Counted from the first letter of the stretch, positions 27,081 to 41,344 are shown. The stretch is 44,434 bases of DNA from Rhodothermales bacterium (GCA_040904565.1 JBBDTI010000016.1:132428-176861), one strand, 5' to 3'. A program made the numbers and translations. Notes: generated by a model not told the origin, from the sequence alone.

Positions 27081-28094
27081 ATGGCACGCTCTCCACAGTA
27101 TCAGCTTGATTTCGAGCGGCCCCTGCTGGACCTCGAGCGGAAGCTCGATGAGATGCGGGCCTTCGATGCGGCCGATCCCGAAATCGACCTGTCGGAGGAG
27201 ATCGCGGCGCTGGAAGAACGCGTTTCGGAACTTCGAACGTCCATCTATCGCAATCTCACGCGGTGGCAGCGCGTCCAGATCGCCCGCCATCCACACCGTC
27301 CGTATACGCTGGATTACATCGAACTTCTGACGGAGGACTTTCTCGAGCAGCACGGGGATCGCCAGTATGGTGATGATCCCGCCATCGTGGGAGGCTTCGG
27401 TCGTTTTCAGGGCAGCCGGTTCGGTGGTCGCGACCGGTCCGTGCTGATTGTAGGACATCAGAAGGGGCGTGATACGAAGAGTAGAAAATACCGCCGTTTC
27501 GGAATGCCGAATCCGGAGGGGTACCGGAAAGCCCTTCGGCTGATGCGGCTCGCGGCCAAGTTTGGAAAACCGGTGATCACCCTTCTCGACACCCCCGGGG
27601 CGTATCCAGGTCTCGAGGCGGAAGAGCGCGGCCAGGCCGAGGCGATCGCAAGAAATCTGCTCGAGATGTCCCGCCTCCCCGTACCCATCATCGTCGTGGT
27701 CATCGGCGAGGGTGCGTCGGGTGGTGCGCTGGGTATCGGCGTCGGCGACCGCATCCTCATGCTCGAAAACTCGTGGTATTCCGTCATTTCCCCGGAGAGC
27801 TGCTCTCAGATCCTGTGGCGATCGTGGGATTACAAAGAGGACGCCGCTCAGTCGCTCAAGCTCACGGCCACGGACCTGATCGAATACGGGGTCATCGACA
27901 CCATCGTACGTGAACCGGACGGGGGTGCCCATAGGGATCCGCACGCGACGGCAGCGTCCGTCGGCACCGCCATCGCCCAGGCCCTATCGGAGGTGGACGG
28001 CTTGAATGCCGCCGAGCTCGTCAACGCGCGTATTGAAAAGTTCGAGCAGATGGGCGCCTACCGGGTTATGGAATCAGCGGCAACCTCACCTTGA
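27081..28094 (+). CDS. accA: Acetyl-CoA carboxylase carboxyltransferase alpha subunit
   Basis: [47 protein letters not shown]. Confidence 0.97.
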   Translation: MARSPQYQLDFERPLLDLERKLDEMRAFDAADPEIDLSEEIAALEERVSELRTSIYRNLTRWQRVQIARHPHRPYTLDYIELLTEDFLEQHGDRQYGDDPAIVGGFGRFQGSRFGGRDRSVLIVGHQKGRDTKSRKYRRFGMPNPEGYRKALRLMRLAAKFGKPVITLLDTPGAYPGLEAEERGQAEAIARNLLEMSRLPVPIIVVVIGEGASGGALGIGVGDRILMLENSWYSVISPESCSQILWRSWDYKEDAAQSLKLTATDLIEYGVIDTIVREPDGGAHRDPHATAASVGTAIAQALSEVDGLNAAELVNARIEKFEQMGAYRVMESAATSP

Positions 28095-28531
28095 TCGAAT
28101 TCATCTACACCCATCGGGTACGGTACCGAGAAGTCGATCCGATGGGCGTCGTCTACCACGCCCACTACGTGGACTACTTCGAGCACGCGCGAACGGAAAT
28201 GCTGCGGGAGCAGGGCCTCGCCTACAAGGAGCTGGAAGAGGCCGGCATTATGATGCCGGTCGTGGACCTGGCCGTCCAGTACAGGCGCCCTGCCTACTAC
28301 GACGATCTGCTGGCGATCCACGTGTTCGTGAACGAGCGCCCGTCGAGCCGCATCAAGATCGATTACGCCGTCCGGCGCAGCGGTGAGGAGGACGTCCTCG
28401 TCACGGGGCACGTAACCCTCTGCTTCGTCGACCGCGAGCGACGTCGACCCGTCGCCGCCCCGGATCGGGTCACCGCGCTGTTTGCCGATGCCTTCCCGGC
28501 ACCCGACCGGAAGACGCCGCCATCCGACTAA
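28091..28531 (+). CDS. YbgC/FadM family acyl-CoA thioesterase
   Basis: [27 protein letters not shown]; TTG start overlapping the accA stop. Confidence 0.9.
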   Translation: MIEFIYTHRVRYREVDPMGVVYHAHYVDYFEHARTEMLREQGLAYKELEEAGIMMPVVDLAVQYRRPAYYDDLLAIHVFVNERPSSRIKIDYAVRRSGEEDVLVTGHVTLCFVDRERRRPVAAPDRVTALFADAFPAPDRKTPPSD

Positions 28532-29448
28532 TGGACGTTCCCTACTACATCACGGACGAGGTGCTCGAGCGTCTCATCGAGACGGCACTGAAAGAGGATG
28601 TCGGCGAGGGCGACGTAACCACGGAGGCGACCGTCCCGGAAGACACGCAGGCAGAGGCCCGTTTTCTCGCGAAGGCAGATGGCATCCTGGCCGGACAGGC
28701 CGTCGCGGACCGCGTCTTCGAGAGGGTCGACCCCCGAATCTCCGTAGCCTGGAGCCGCACGGACGGACAGTCGATCTTTTCGGGAACGGTGTTCGGTACG
28801 GCCGAAGGGCCGGCACGAAGCCTGCTGACGGCCGAGAGGCTGGTCTTGAACCTCATGCAGCGGATGAGCGGCATCGCGACGAAGACGCGCCGCTTCGTCA
28901 ACGCCGTCCGCGATCATCCCGCCCGCATCCTCGATACCCGGAAGACGGCCCCCGGGCTCCGGGTGATCGACAAATGGGCGGTGCGCCTGGGAGGCGGTGA
29001 AAATCATCGCCTGGGTCTTCACGACATGATGCTCGTCAAGGATAACCACATCGCCGCCGCCGGAGGAATCGAGGCTGCGCTGGCGGCTGCCGATCGCTAC
29101 CGGCACAGGATGGGACGGGTGGATATCGAGGTGGAAACTCGAACGCTCGATGAGATTCGCGCCGTGCTCGACTCGGGTGTGGCCGACCGGATCCTGCTCG
29201 ACAATATGGTCGGCCTGATGGCGGACGGACGGGCGGACGTGTCCAGGCTCCAGGAGGCCGTCGACCTCGTCGCCGGACGCGTCCCGACGGAAGCGTCGGG
29301 CAACGTGACGCTGGCATCCGTACGAGCGATCGCCGGAACGGGCGTGTCGTTCATCTCCAGCGGCGCGCTCACCCATTCCGTCGAAGCCCTCGACATTTCC
29401 CTCCAGATGGAGCTTACGACGCGCGGATCCACTATCCGTCCGGCATGA
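28531..29448 (+). CDS. nadC: Quinolinate phosphoribosyltransferase
   Basis: EDVGEGDVTT, DTRKTAPG, NHRLGL, KDNH, ILLDN, EASGN, GALTHS. Confidence 0.97.
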   Translation: MDVPYYITDEVLERLIETALKEDVGEGDVTTEATVPEDTQAEARFLAKADGILAGQAVADRVFERVDPRISVAWSRTDGQSIFSGTVFGTAEGPARSLLTAERLVLNLMQRMSGIATKTRRFVNAVRDHPARILDTRKTAPGLRVIDKWAVRLGGGENHRLGLHDMMLVKDNHIAAAGGIEAALAAADRYRHRMGRVDIEVETRTLDEIRAVLDSGVADRILLDNMVGLMADGRADVSRLQEAVDLVAGRVPTEASGNVTLASVRAIAGTGVSFISSGALTHSVEALDISLQMELTTRGSTIRPA

Positions 29449-30356
29449 TGGCATCAGATACCCTCTACGGCGGCATCGAGGCGGGCGGGACGAAGTTCGT
29501 CTGCGCGATCAGCGACGACGCTTTCCAGCCGCGGGAACGGGTCACCTTTCCGACGACCACACCCGTAGAAACCATCGATCGAGCCATCTCCTTCTTTCGT
29601 ACCGGCGTGCCCGACGGCCGCCTCTCCGCCGTCGGCATCGGGTCGTTCGGCCCCGTCGACCCCGATCCGGCGTCCGCTACCTACGGGTATATCACGACCA
29701 CCCCGAAAAAGGGCTGGCAGCATACGGAGTTCGCCGGACGGCTTCAGCGAGCGCTCGGGCTGCCCGTCGGATTCGACACCGACACGAACGCCGCCGCGCT
29801 CGGCGAACACGTCCGCGGAGCCGGTGCCGGACTCGCCACGTTCCTGTACCTCACCGTCGGTACGGGCGTCGGCGGCGGTGCACTCGTCGGCGGGCGGCGT
29901 CTGCACGGCCTTTTGCATCCGGAAATGGGTCACGTAGCGCTGCCCCGCGCCGACGGCGACCCCTTCGAGGGAGCCTGCCCGTTTCACGGTGACTGCCTGG
30001 AGGGCATGATCTCCGGACCGGCCCTGGAGGCACGTACGGGAAGATCGCCGAAAGAACTACCGCCCGACCACGAGGTGTGGACGTATACCGTACACTACCT
30101 GGCCGCCGCCCTCGTAAATTTCATCTGCGTGCTCTCGCCGCAGCGAATCATTCTCGGCGGCGGCGTGATGCACCAGAGGCACCTGTTCCCCCGTGTCCGA
30201 TCGCGCGTACAGGACCTGCTGAACGGGTACCTTCAGAACGACAGCATCTTGAGAAATATCGACGCGTACATCGTGCCTCCGGGGCTAGGTGACGACGCCG
30301 GCGTCGTCGGCGCGCTCGCCCTGGCTCGAGAGGCTGCCGGCGAGAGAGCGGCATAA
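29445..30356 (+). CDS. ROK family sugar kinase (fructokinase-like)
   Basis: GGIEAGGTKF, GIGSFGP, TDTNAAALGE, HPEMGH, CPFHGDCLEG. Confidence 0.92.
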   Translation: MMASDTLYGGIEAGGTKFVCAISDDAFQPRERVTFPTTTPVETIDRAISFFRTGVPDGRLSAVGIGSFGPVDPDPASATYGYITTTPKKGWQHTEFAGRLQRALGLPVGFDTDTNAAALGEHVRGAGAGLATFLYLTVGTGVGGGALVGGRRLHGLLHPEMGHVALPRADGDPFEGACPFHGDCLEGMISGPALEARTGRSPKELPPDHEVWTYTVHYLAAALVNFICVLSPQRIILGGGVMHQRHLFPRVRSRVQDLLNGYLQNDSILRNIDAYIVPPGLGDDAGVVGALALAREAAGERAA

Positions 30357-30506
30357 CGCCAGAAACATTCGGCCCGCCACGGTATTTGACAAGCGACTCC
30401 GTCCGAGCGCAGCTCGGTGCCGTTCCATCGGACCGTTCCATCAGACCGGGTGCGAATGCCCTAACGCTACGGCATTGCCTACCGTTAACAATCGCCCTAT
30501 CCGGCT

Positions 30507-31916
30507 ATGTTACAGGAACAGAGCCGCCTCTTCCAGCGGCTCCTTTTTGCCGCCGACGTCCTCCTGATCGTTTTAGGGTGGACGCTCGCCTGGTTCGTTC
30601 GATTCGAGGTCCTCGACTGGGCGGGGATCCTGCCTCCACCCGAGTGGCTCCCCCTCTCCCGCTACATGAGCTTTCTGCCGTGGGTGTTGATCGTATCGGC
30701 ATCCGTCTTCTGGTTCTCCGGACTCTACGACCCGGATCGTTTTCAGCGCCTCTCCAGGCTCGTTTTCAGCGTCGCGAAGGCCGTAGCCATAGGGTTGATC
30801 GTGACAGCCGCCTCACTGTCGTTCTACCGAGCGCTCTATTTCTCGCGCCTCCACATGATCCTCTTCGGCGTCTTCACGCCGTCGCTGATGATCCTGGTGC
30901 GCGTCATCCTGTATGCGGTCATACGCCGGGCTCGTAATCAGGGTGCCTATCTCCGACGCGTGCTCATCCTCGGTAAGGGAAGAGCCGGCCGAAAGCTGGC
31001 CGAATCGTTCCGGCAGTATCCGTGGATGGGATTCGACGTGGTCGGGTTTCTCGACGATGAGAAACGCGACCAGCCGGACGTGCTGGGCGGCATCGACGAG
31101 GCGCCGGCCGTCGTCGATCGATTCGAGGCATCGGATCGTCCAATCGACTACGTGTACGTAGCGCTGCCCGTATCCGCCCTGCAGCGTATTGAGTCCATCA
31201 TAGACGAGCTCTCCACACGGCTCACGCACGTGTGTCTGGTGCCGGACATCTTCCATTTCGACATGGTCAACAGCCGCATATCTGACGTGGACGGGCTGCC
31301 GGTCATCCACCTGATCGACGAGGCTCCGCTGGAATTCAACCGGTTTGCGAAACGCATGATCGACGTCGTCTTCTCCTTCGCCCTCCTGGTCGCGCTGTCC
31401 CCGGTATTCCTGACGATCACCCTCGCCGTAAAGCTGTCCTCCAGAGGTCCCGTATTCTACAAACAACAGCGCATGGGACTGAACGGCCAGACGTTTGAAA
31501 TGCTCAAGTTTCGCTCCATGCCCGTCGACGCGGAATCCGATACCGGGCCCATCTGGGCCCGTCCGGATGAGGAACGTGCGACGCGTGTCGGCCGATTCTT
31601 GCGACGCACGTCGCTAGATGAACTGCCGCAGTTTATCAACGTCTTGAAGGGTGACATGTCCGTCGTCGGACCCCGCCCCGAACGACCGGTCTTCATCGAA
31701 CAATTCCGCGACCGGATCCCCCGCTACATGCTGCGCCACAAAGTGAAGGCGGGCATCACGGGGTGGGCGCAGGTCAACGGCTGGCGCGGCAACACGTCCA
31801 TCGAGAAACGCATCGAATACGATCTCTATTACATCCAGCACTGGTCGCTTCGGCTCGACCTCAAGATCATGCTCATGACGCTCTGGTCGGGCTTCGTTCA
31901 CAGAAACGCCTATTAG
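30507..31916 (+). CDS. wcaJ: Undecaprenyl-phosphate glucose phosphotransferase (WcaJ/WbaP type)
   Basis: Four N-terminal TM, KRMIDV, KFRSM, SLDELPQ, MSVVGPRP, KAGITGWAQ, DLYYI. Confidence 0.92.
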   Translation: MLQEQSRLFQRLLFAADVLLIVLGWTLAWFVRFEVLDWAGILPPPEWLPLSRYMSFLPWVLIVSASVFWFSGLYDPDRFQRLSRLVFSVAKAVAIGLIVTAASLSFYRALYFSRLHMILFGVFTPSLMILVRVILYAVIRRARNQGAYLRRVLILGKGRAGRKLAESFRQYPWMGFDVVGFLDDEKRDQPDVLGGIDEAPAVVDRFEASDRPIDYVYVALPVSALQRIESIIDELSTRLTHVCLVPDIFHFDMVNSRISDVDGLPVIHLIDEAPLEFNRFAKRMIDVVFSFALLVALSPVFLTITLAVKLSSRGPVFYKQQRMGLNGQTFEMLKFRSMPVDAESDTGPIWARPDEERATRVGRFLRRTSLDELPQFINVLKGDMSVVGPRPERPVFIEQFRDRIPRYMLRHKVKAGITGWAQVNGWRGNTSIEKRIEYDLYYIQHWSLRLDLKIMLMTLWSGFVHRNAY

Positions 31917-31995
31917 GCGCCTTCTCCACTCACTCCTTCGCGCCAACGTCGCATCCATCCCGGGGCCGCGTGCGTAACAGCGAGCCTATATACAG

Positions 31996-34035
31996 ATGAT
32001 TCAGCTTACCAACATATCGCTCAGCTTCGGGGGCCACCGTCTCTTCGATGGCCTTTCCTGGAGCATTCCGCCCGGGGAACGCATCGGACTGATCGGCAAG
32101 AACGGCGCGGGCAAGTCCACCTTGCTCCGCCTCATCGACGGGGCCGAGCGGCCCAACGAGGGCCGGGTGAGCGTCGGTGCCCGGACGTCGGTAGGCTATC
32201 TCAAGCAGGACGTTCAGGCCCTGAACTCGGAGTCGTCCGTGCTCGACGAAACGCTGACCGCGTTCGAGGACCTGCGCGCGCTGGAGGAGGAAGAAGAACG
32301 TCTTACGTCCGAGCTCGGCGCCTATGAGGACCACACCGATCCCGCCTACGAAAAACTGCTGCACGCCCTCGACCGCGTCCACACGGCCATGGCCTCCGAA
32401 GAGGCGCATCTCACGCGGCCCCGTGCGGAGGCCGTGCTTACCGGACTCGGATTCGACCCGGACGAATTCGACCGGGCCATCAGCACGTTTTCAGGAGGGT
32501 GGCGCATGCGGGTGATGCTCGCTAAGCTGCTCCTGCAGCACCCGGACTACCTGCTGCTCGACGAGCCCACGAACCATCTCGACATCGAGAGCATCGATTG
32601 GCTGGAAGGGTATCTGAAGAACTACGACGGCACGGTCGTTATCGTCTCTCACGACCGATATTTTCTGGATCGGATGATCACGTCGATCGCCGAGCTCTCG
32701 CATGGGCGCATCGAAGAATACGCGGGAAACTACAGCTTTTATCTCGAAGAGCGCGAGAAGCGGCGCGAACTGCAGCAGTCAGCGTACGAGAACCAGCAGC
32801 GCGAAATCGAACAGATCGAACGGTTCATCGAGCGGTTCCGCTACAAGGCGTCGAAGGCCAAGCAGGTGCAGAGCCGGATCAAGATGCTGGAAAAGATGGA
32901 CCGCGTACCGCCGCCTGAATCCGATGACGCGGCCGTAAAAATCCGATTTCCCGAGCCCAGGCGCTCGGGGCGTGTCGTGCTCGAGCTCACGGCGTTTTCG
33001 AAGACCTACGTGACCAAGGAAGGCACGGTGGAGGTCTTCGACGAGGCCGGACCCCTTACGGTCGAGCGCGGAGACAAGATCGCGCTGATTGGAAAGAATG
33101 GAGCCGGCAAGTCGACCCTGGCCCGTATCCTGAACGGATCGGAACCGTTCGACGGTGAACGGACGCTGGGGCACAACGTCGAATATGCCTTTTTTGCCCA
33201 GCACCAGGCCGACGTCCTCAAACCCGGCGACACCATCCTGGAATCTCTCCGCCGAGCCGCCCCGGGTAAGTCCGACGGCGAAATCCGCTCGATTCTGGGC
33301 GCCTTCCTCTTTACGGGCGACGATGTCTTCAAGCCCATCTCGGTCCTTTCCGGCGGAGAAAAGAGCCGCGTCGCCCTGGCGCGCACCCTCCTTCATCCGG
33401 CCAACTTTCTCATTCTCGACGAGCCGACGAATCACCTCGATGCGCAGTCGATCACCGTCCTGGTCGAGGCGCTGAGGCAGTACGCCGGCACGTTCGTCGT
33501 CGTCAGCCACGACCGCCACTTCCTCGACCAGGTCGCCAATCGCGTATGGTACGTCGGCAGTCAGGGCGTCCGCACGTTCATGGGCAACTATTCGGAATTC
33601 CGCTGGCACGCGGAGCACGGTACCACCGTCACCGTAGAAGAGAATCCATCTGACGAATCCGAGGATCGCAGCCGTCGCACGTCCAGTCGGGCCGGCTCGT
33701 CGGGCGGACCGAAATCGAAGGATCAGAAACGGCGAGAGGCCGAGGAGAGAAACCGGCTGCATCGTGCCCTCAAGAAGGGGGGCGACGTCGATCCGTCGGA
33801 GATGACGCCGCATCAGCTGCAAACCTACTACGAACAGGTGGAGGAGGATGTCGTCACGGCGGAGAAGAACGTCGACCGCATCCAGAAGCAGATGGCCGAC
33901 CCGGAGGTCTATTGGGATTCGGGGCGCGTACAGAAATTGAACGCGGAGTTCGAGAGCACGAAGAACAGACTCCGAGACTTGTATGAAAAATGGGAAGAGC
34001 TGGCGGAACGCGTGGCCGAAGGCGCCGAAAAGTAA
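31996..34035 (+). CDS. ABC-F family ATPase
   Basis: Two ABC domains (GKNGAGKST twice, FSGGW/LSGGE, LDEPTNHLD twice), no TM, C-terminal coiled-coil extension. Confidence 0.95.
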   Translation: MIQLTNISLSFGGHRLFDGLSWSIPPGERIGLIGKNGAGKSTLLRLIDGAERPNEGRVSVGARTSVGYLKQDVQALNSESSVLDETLTAFEDLRALEEEEERLTSELGAYEDHTDPAYEKLLHALDRVHTAMASEEAHLTRPRAEAVLTGLGFDPDEFDRAISTFSGGWRMRVMLAKLLLQHPDYLLLDEPTNHLDIESIDWLEGYLKNYDGTVVIVSHDRYFLDRMITSIAELSHGRIEEYAGNYSFYLEEREKRRELQQSAYENQQREIEQIERFIERFRYKASKAKQVQSRIKMLEKMDRVPPPESDDAAVKIRFPEPRRSGRVVLELTAFSKTYVTKEGTVEVFDEAGPLTVERGDKIALIGKNGAGKSTLARILNGSEPFDGERTLGHNVEYAFFAQHQADVLKPGDTILESLRRAAPGKSDGEIRSILGAFLFTGDDVFKPISVLSGGEKSRVALARTLLHPANFLILDEPTNHLDAQSITVLVEALRQYAGTFVVVSHDRHFLDQVANRVWYVGSQGVRTFMGNYSEFRWHAEHGTTVTVEENPSDESEDRSRRTSSRAGSSGGPKSKDQKRREAEERNRLHRALKKGGDVDPSEMTPHQLQTYYEQVEEDVVTAEKNVDRIQKQMADPEVYWDSGRVQKLNAEFESTKNRLRDLYEKWEELAERVAEGAEK

Positions 34036-34051
34036 CCGGCCCTTTCATCCG

Positions 34052-35251
34052 GTGCGTCCCCGGCACGGCGGCGTGTTCGCAGCATTCGCCGTGGCGGCGT
34101 GCCTGCTCCTACCCAGTGCCTTGGCCCAGATAACGCCTCTTCCCCGGGCAGATTCGACGGCGGGTGATTTTTTCGGAGCTGCCGTCGCGATTCATGGTGA
34201 CCGCGTCCTCGTCGGCGCGACGGGAGTCGACGGATGCGGCTCCAACTCCGGGACGGCCTACGTCTACCGAAAAGTCGGCGACGAGACGTGGGACCTCGAG
34301 GCCGCCCTGCAGGCCGAAGACTGCGAAGCAGAAGCATTTTTCGGCCGGTCCGTCGACCTCGGCCCAACATACGCGGTCGTGGCCGCCTCCCGTGAATTCT
34401 TCAGTCACGAAACGCCCAACGCCGTCTACGTCTTCGAGCGGTCGGACTCGACGAATGCATGGAGCCAGGTCGCCAAGCTTACCGGTGGAGCAGCGCGACA
34501 AGACGGCAACTTCGCCACGTCCGTCTCGCTCGACGGGGAGCGCCTGCTGGTCACGACCTCGGGCGACCCGTCGAGCCGCCGCGTCGACGGCGTCGCCTAC
34601 CTCTTCGAACGGGATCCGGCAACTCGACAGTGGGTTCGGCGAGATCGTCTCGAAGGCAGCGGAACGCTGGATCGCGGCGTCTTCGGCACGTCGGGTGCCA
34701 TGGATGGGGGCGTCGTGGCCGTAACGGCTTCGACCTATTTCCGTAACGAGCCGGGTTCCGTCTTTATCTTCGAGACGGACTCTTCGGAAACGTGGTCGGA
34801 ATCGCGATTCGGATCGATCGACGATTTCTTCATCACCGTCGACGTGGATGAGGAGCGCGTCCTGGTCGGAGAGAGTAAGGCGCGACGCGACGACTCCGGA
34901 GCCGCCACCCTGTTTCGGAAGGATTCGCTGGGAGCCTGGCACGTCGGCCAGGAGCTTCGTCCCGAAAAACCCTACGCAGCGGGCGCCTTCGGCTCGGGCG
35001 TCGCGCTGGACGGTGACTACGCGCTCGTAGTCGGATTCGACGAGCAGCTGGGACTCGATATCAACATCGACCGCGTCGTCTTCGTATTCAAATACGACGC
35101 TTCGACGCGACGCTGGCGTCAGCATCACGTGCTGGACGTCGGCGAGGTCGCCTTCGGGGCCGACGTCGACGTTCACGGAAGGTATGCCGTCGTCGGCAGT
35201 GCCTCGGAACAGGCACCGGGCGTCGCATACGTCATCCGACTGCCTGAGTAA
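34052..35251 (+). CDS. Exported FG-GAP repeat beta-propeller protein
   Basis: Signal peptide ending ALA-Q; repeated FGxxV..G..VGA..GxAYVF units; GTG start at 34052 or 34073. Confidence 0.8.
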   Translation: MRPRHGGVFAAFAVAACLLLPSALAQITPLPRADSTAGDFFGAAVAIHGDRVLVGATGVDGCGSNSGTAYVYRKVGDETWDLEAALQAEDCEAEAFFGRSVDLGPTYAVVAASREFFSHETPNAVYVFERSDSTNAWSQVAKLTGGAARQDGNFATSVSLDGERLLVTTSGDPSSRRVDGVAYLFERDPATRQWVRRDRLEGSGTLDRGVFGTSGAMDGGVVAVTASTYFRNEPGSVFIFETDSSETWSESRFGSIDDFFITVDVDEERVLVGESKARRDDSGAATLFRKDSLGAWHVGQELRPEKPYAAGAFGSGVALDGDYALVVGFDEQLGLDINIDRVVFVFKYDASTRRWRQHHVLDVGEVAFGADVDVHGRYAVVGSASEQAPGVAYVIRLPE

Positions 35252-35350
35252 GGAGTGGTGGACCCGTCGAATCCGCCGCTGCCCCGGAAACTGTTTCAGC
35301 AGAAGGGAGTGCCGCCCCGAATACGACCGAAGTGTCCGCGACCGGACGAA

Positions 35351-35716
35351 CTACTCGGCCTTGCCGGGCGGATTCGTGCTGAAACTTTCCACGGCGTCTT
35401 CGACCGATTCGTAGTCATCGAAGACCGGTCCGAGCAGCCGCGTCATTACGAACAACCCCTGTATGCGTTTCTCCATGTTCGCCAGGCGCACGTCTCCGCC
35501 GGCTTTCCGCATCGTCGTGAGGCTGCTGATGAGCGCACCGATACCAGACGAATCCATGAAGTCCGTCTGCCCGAGATCGATGACCACGTTGGTCTTGCCG
35601 GCCTGCTTGAGGTCATCCATTTTCTCCTTGAGCTCGGGCCCATCCACGCTCCCTAAAAACTTCCCCTTGATCTGGATGACGGAGGCCTGATACTTGTCTT
35701 GAACGCTAATGCTCAT
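35351..35716 (-). CDS. STAS domain anti-sigma factor antagonist
   Basis: VVIDLGQTDFMDSSGIGAL with the phosphorylatable serine; 121 aa. Confidence 0.92.
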   Translation of the reverse strand: MSISVQDKYQASVIQIKGKFLGSVDGPELKEKMDDLKQAGKTNVVIDLGQTDFMDSSGIGALISSLTTMRKAGGDVRLANMEKRIQGLFVMTRLLGPVFDDYESVEDAVESFSTNPPGKAE

Positions 35717-36018
35717 GTCGAATCGATATTTCGTGTAACCATTCTACCGGAATTTGCGCCACCCCGGTCGAGTCTGCTTCCGAAGGTAGTGCAGAATAAA
35801 CAAAACGCGAGACATTACCTTATACGAGCCGTGAAGTACACGCTTCGAGGGAGCATTCGGCCACCGGAACGGGCGGGCGGGACGCCGGTCCTCGACGTCG
35901 GAGAGCAACGATCATCCTTAGGACGCACCAACGAGATCGCGTATACTCCGTAACTTACGTCATCCAGGTACTATCATCATACTCTTGTGATTCGCCTGTG
36001 TTACTCCTCCTTCGACGT

Positions 36019-37098
36019 ATGACTATGATCCGAACGTATGCCTCTCCATTGACGGTGATGGCGCTGGCCGCGGCACTGTGTCTGCCCGCACTGTGCGTAC
36101 CCGCCCACGGGCAGGAGCAGGTTCGGCTGCGTGCCTCCTATCAGGGTGGCTTCCTCCCGGACGGAACGAGCGTCGTGGTACTTGCACGCGATGCGCGCGT
36201 CGAGCAGGGCGGTCGCATTCAGCCCGAATTCATCCCGCGCGAGTCCTATCCCCGTCGAGAAGAGCTCGTGCATCGTCGCGACGTGCTGGAAGACGGCGGT
36301 TTCTCGAGCCGGCGCTACGAGCGATCCGACCGAGCCGATCGGGTCTATTTCCTTTATGCGCTGGGGCCGGACAGTACCCTCTACTGGAGTTACAGCGCCG
36401 AGCGTGATGCGCTTAAGTTCGATGTCGTAAGCACGGGGGTGATGTCCGTAGCCCCCATTCGCACGAGCGAGGTCCGGGACGACATTCTGGACGCGTTCTT
36501 CGGGCAGCGGGTGGTCGTACGGATGCCGGGAGATGGATCGGAAGTCGATCAGGCGGAGCGGGGCGGCGCAATGCCGGAGGTCGATGCCGGTACGACGAGC
36601 CCGGCCGCGCAGGGTGCGGACGGGTACACGGAACCACAGCTCGAAGGTGCGGCGGAAACCGGGACGGCAGGCGACACGGGTCGTCCGGATGCAGGAGTCG
36701 GCGACGAATCGGGAACGGAACATGCGGCGGCGCAGCTCATGGACCCGGGCGAGCGTGCGGCGGCGCAGCGCAACACGGGCGAGCGCGCCGCGCAGGGCGT
36801 CGGCACGTCCGCCGACCCGCCCGTCGGTGGCGGCATCCCGCTCGTCCCTTTCGCCGTACTCGCGCTCGGAGCTGCGGCGGTCGGCGCCGCGTATTTCGCC
36901 CGGAAGTACTACCGGGAAGCCCGACGCCTGCGCCTGCAGCTGATCACGGTGAAGGAGCACGCACCAGCGGTCGACGATGCCGAGGCGCGTCGCGAGCTTG
37001 AAGCGCTGCGGCACGCACACGCGTCGCTCCAACGCGAGCACGCCGTGATCGAACAACAGCTGGCTGAGCTGTCGGGCACAGCCTCCGTCCGCGAATAG
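36019..37098 (+). CDS. Hypothetical single-pass membrane protein (signal peptide, exported domain, low-complexity linker, TM, cytoplasmic coiled coil)
   Basis: Signal ending AHG-Q; Gly/Ala/Glu-rich linker; TM PLVPFAVLALGAAAVGAAYF; heptad-like tail. Start uncertain. Confidence 0.65.
   Translation: MTMIRTYASPLTVMALAAALCLPALCVPAHGQEQVRLRASYQGGFLPDGTSVVVLARDARVEQGGRIQPEFIPRESYPRREELVHRRDVLEDGGFSSRRYERSDRADRVYFLYALGPDSTLYWSYSAERDALKFDVVSTGVMSVAPIRTSEVRDDILDAFFGQRVVVRMPGDGSEVDQAERGGAMPEVDAGTTSPAAQGADGYTEPQLEGAAETGTAGDTGRPDAGVGDESGTEHAAAQLMDPGERAAAQRNTGERAAQGVGTSADPPVGGGIPLVPFAVLALGAAAVGAAYFARKYYREARRLRLQLITVKEHAPAVDDAEARRELEALRHAHASLQREHAVIEQQLAELSGTASVRE
36721..36795 (+). repeat. Degenerate 30-33 bp in-frame tandem repeat
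   Basis: TGCGGCGGCGCAGC at 36723 and 36756; CGGGCGAGCG at 36746 and 36776; encodes (H/R)AAAQ..GE units. Confidence 0.65.
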
Positions 37099-37182
37099 AT
37101 CCCGACGGATCGTTTCGGAACATGCCGTCGTCGTCTTTGTCAGCAAACACGCCTCGGCATCCTCCTCCCAATCGCAGTCCAC

Positions 37183-39237
<2,055 letters not shown>

Positions 39238-39424
39238 GTTTCCCGAGCCCTGCGCTCGAGCCCGCGCCGCCAACCAATGGCAGAGCCACCGAAACGTCCG
39301 ACAAACCTCGCATCTCGGCACGGACCGCCGCTCCCTGGCCGTCACAGCGTGACGGGAACTGGTCGGGGGAAGGAACGTTTCTCGCCTGCTATACCGCTGC
39401 CGACTTGAAGAGTCTTTAAGACCG

Positions 39425-39667
39425 ATGAAAAAAGATATCCACCCCGAATACAAGACCATTAAAGTGCGTCTCGCCGACGGCACCGAGTTCGAGACGCGTT
39501 CCACGATGGATACGGAAACGTACGTCTCTGAAGTGGACTCGACAAACCATCCGTTCTATACGGGCAAACGGCAGTACGTGGACACGGCCGGGCGCGTCGA
39601 GAAGTTCAGGCGCCGTTACGGTATCAACAAGGACGACGAAGAGGGCGGCGAAGAAAAAGAAGGCTGA
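39425..39667 (+). CDS. rpmE: 50S ribosomal protein L31, zinc-free (C-) form
   Basis: MKKDIHPEY, HPFYTG, DTAGRVEKF; no cysteines. Confidence 0.96.
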   Translation: MKKDIHPEYKTIKVRLADGTEFETRSTMDTETYVSEVDSTNHPFYTGKRQYVDTAGRVEKFRRRYGINKDDEEGGEEKEG

Positions 39668-39694
39668 TTCATCGGCTCCGCTTCGTGACCTTTC

Positions 39695-39724
39695 GGCGAC
39701 CTGCACCCGCAGGTCGCCTTTTTT
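39695..39724 (+). terminator. Rho-independent terminator after rpmE
   Basis: GGCGACCTGC-ACCC-GCAGGTCGCC perfect 10-bp stem followed by T6. Confidence 0.9.
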
Positions 39725-39846
39725 GTCTGGCCGGGGCATCACTCGTGGCGGCCGGCTCGGAGCGACGTGGTCACCTGTCTCGCCCCGTTCCACGCGGTTT
39801 CGGCCGGTTCCCCCAACGCCGACACCAGACCTCTCTTTGGACGCCT

Positions 39847-39876
39847 TTGCACGGTTGCCCGCGAGCGCTGCATTCT
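39847..39876 (+). promoter_or_regulatory. Putative sigma70-type promoter for pdp
   Basis: TTGCAC-N18-CATTCT between the rpmE terminator and the ATG at 39904; resembles the element at 6604-6632. Confidence 0.45.
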
Positions 39877-39903
39877 ATCTTCCGAAAGCACGATCTTCTG
39901 CCC

Positions 39904-41244
<1,341 letters not shown>

Positions 41245-41344
41245 AGTTCGATGCGCCGCGTGCATCTTCCTCAACGCGCGCCCGTTACACGAGAAGGAAT
41301 CTTTATATTGGCGAAGATCCTCCTACACATACCACCCGTACATT

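Noticed and set aside
30386-30391. Perfect TTGACA upstream of wcaJ
   Set aside because: No -10 element at 16-18 bp spacing.
37099-37182. LexA box upstream of uvrB
   Set aside because: No convincing match to GAAC-N4-GTTC, CTGT-N8-ACAG or GGA-N5-TCC.
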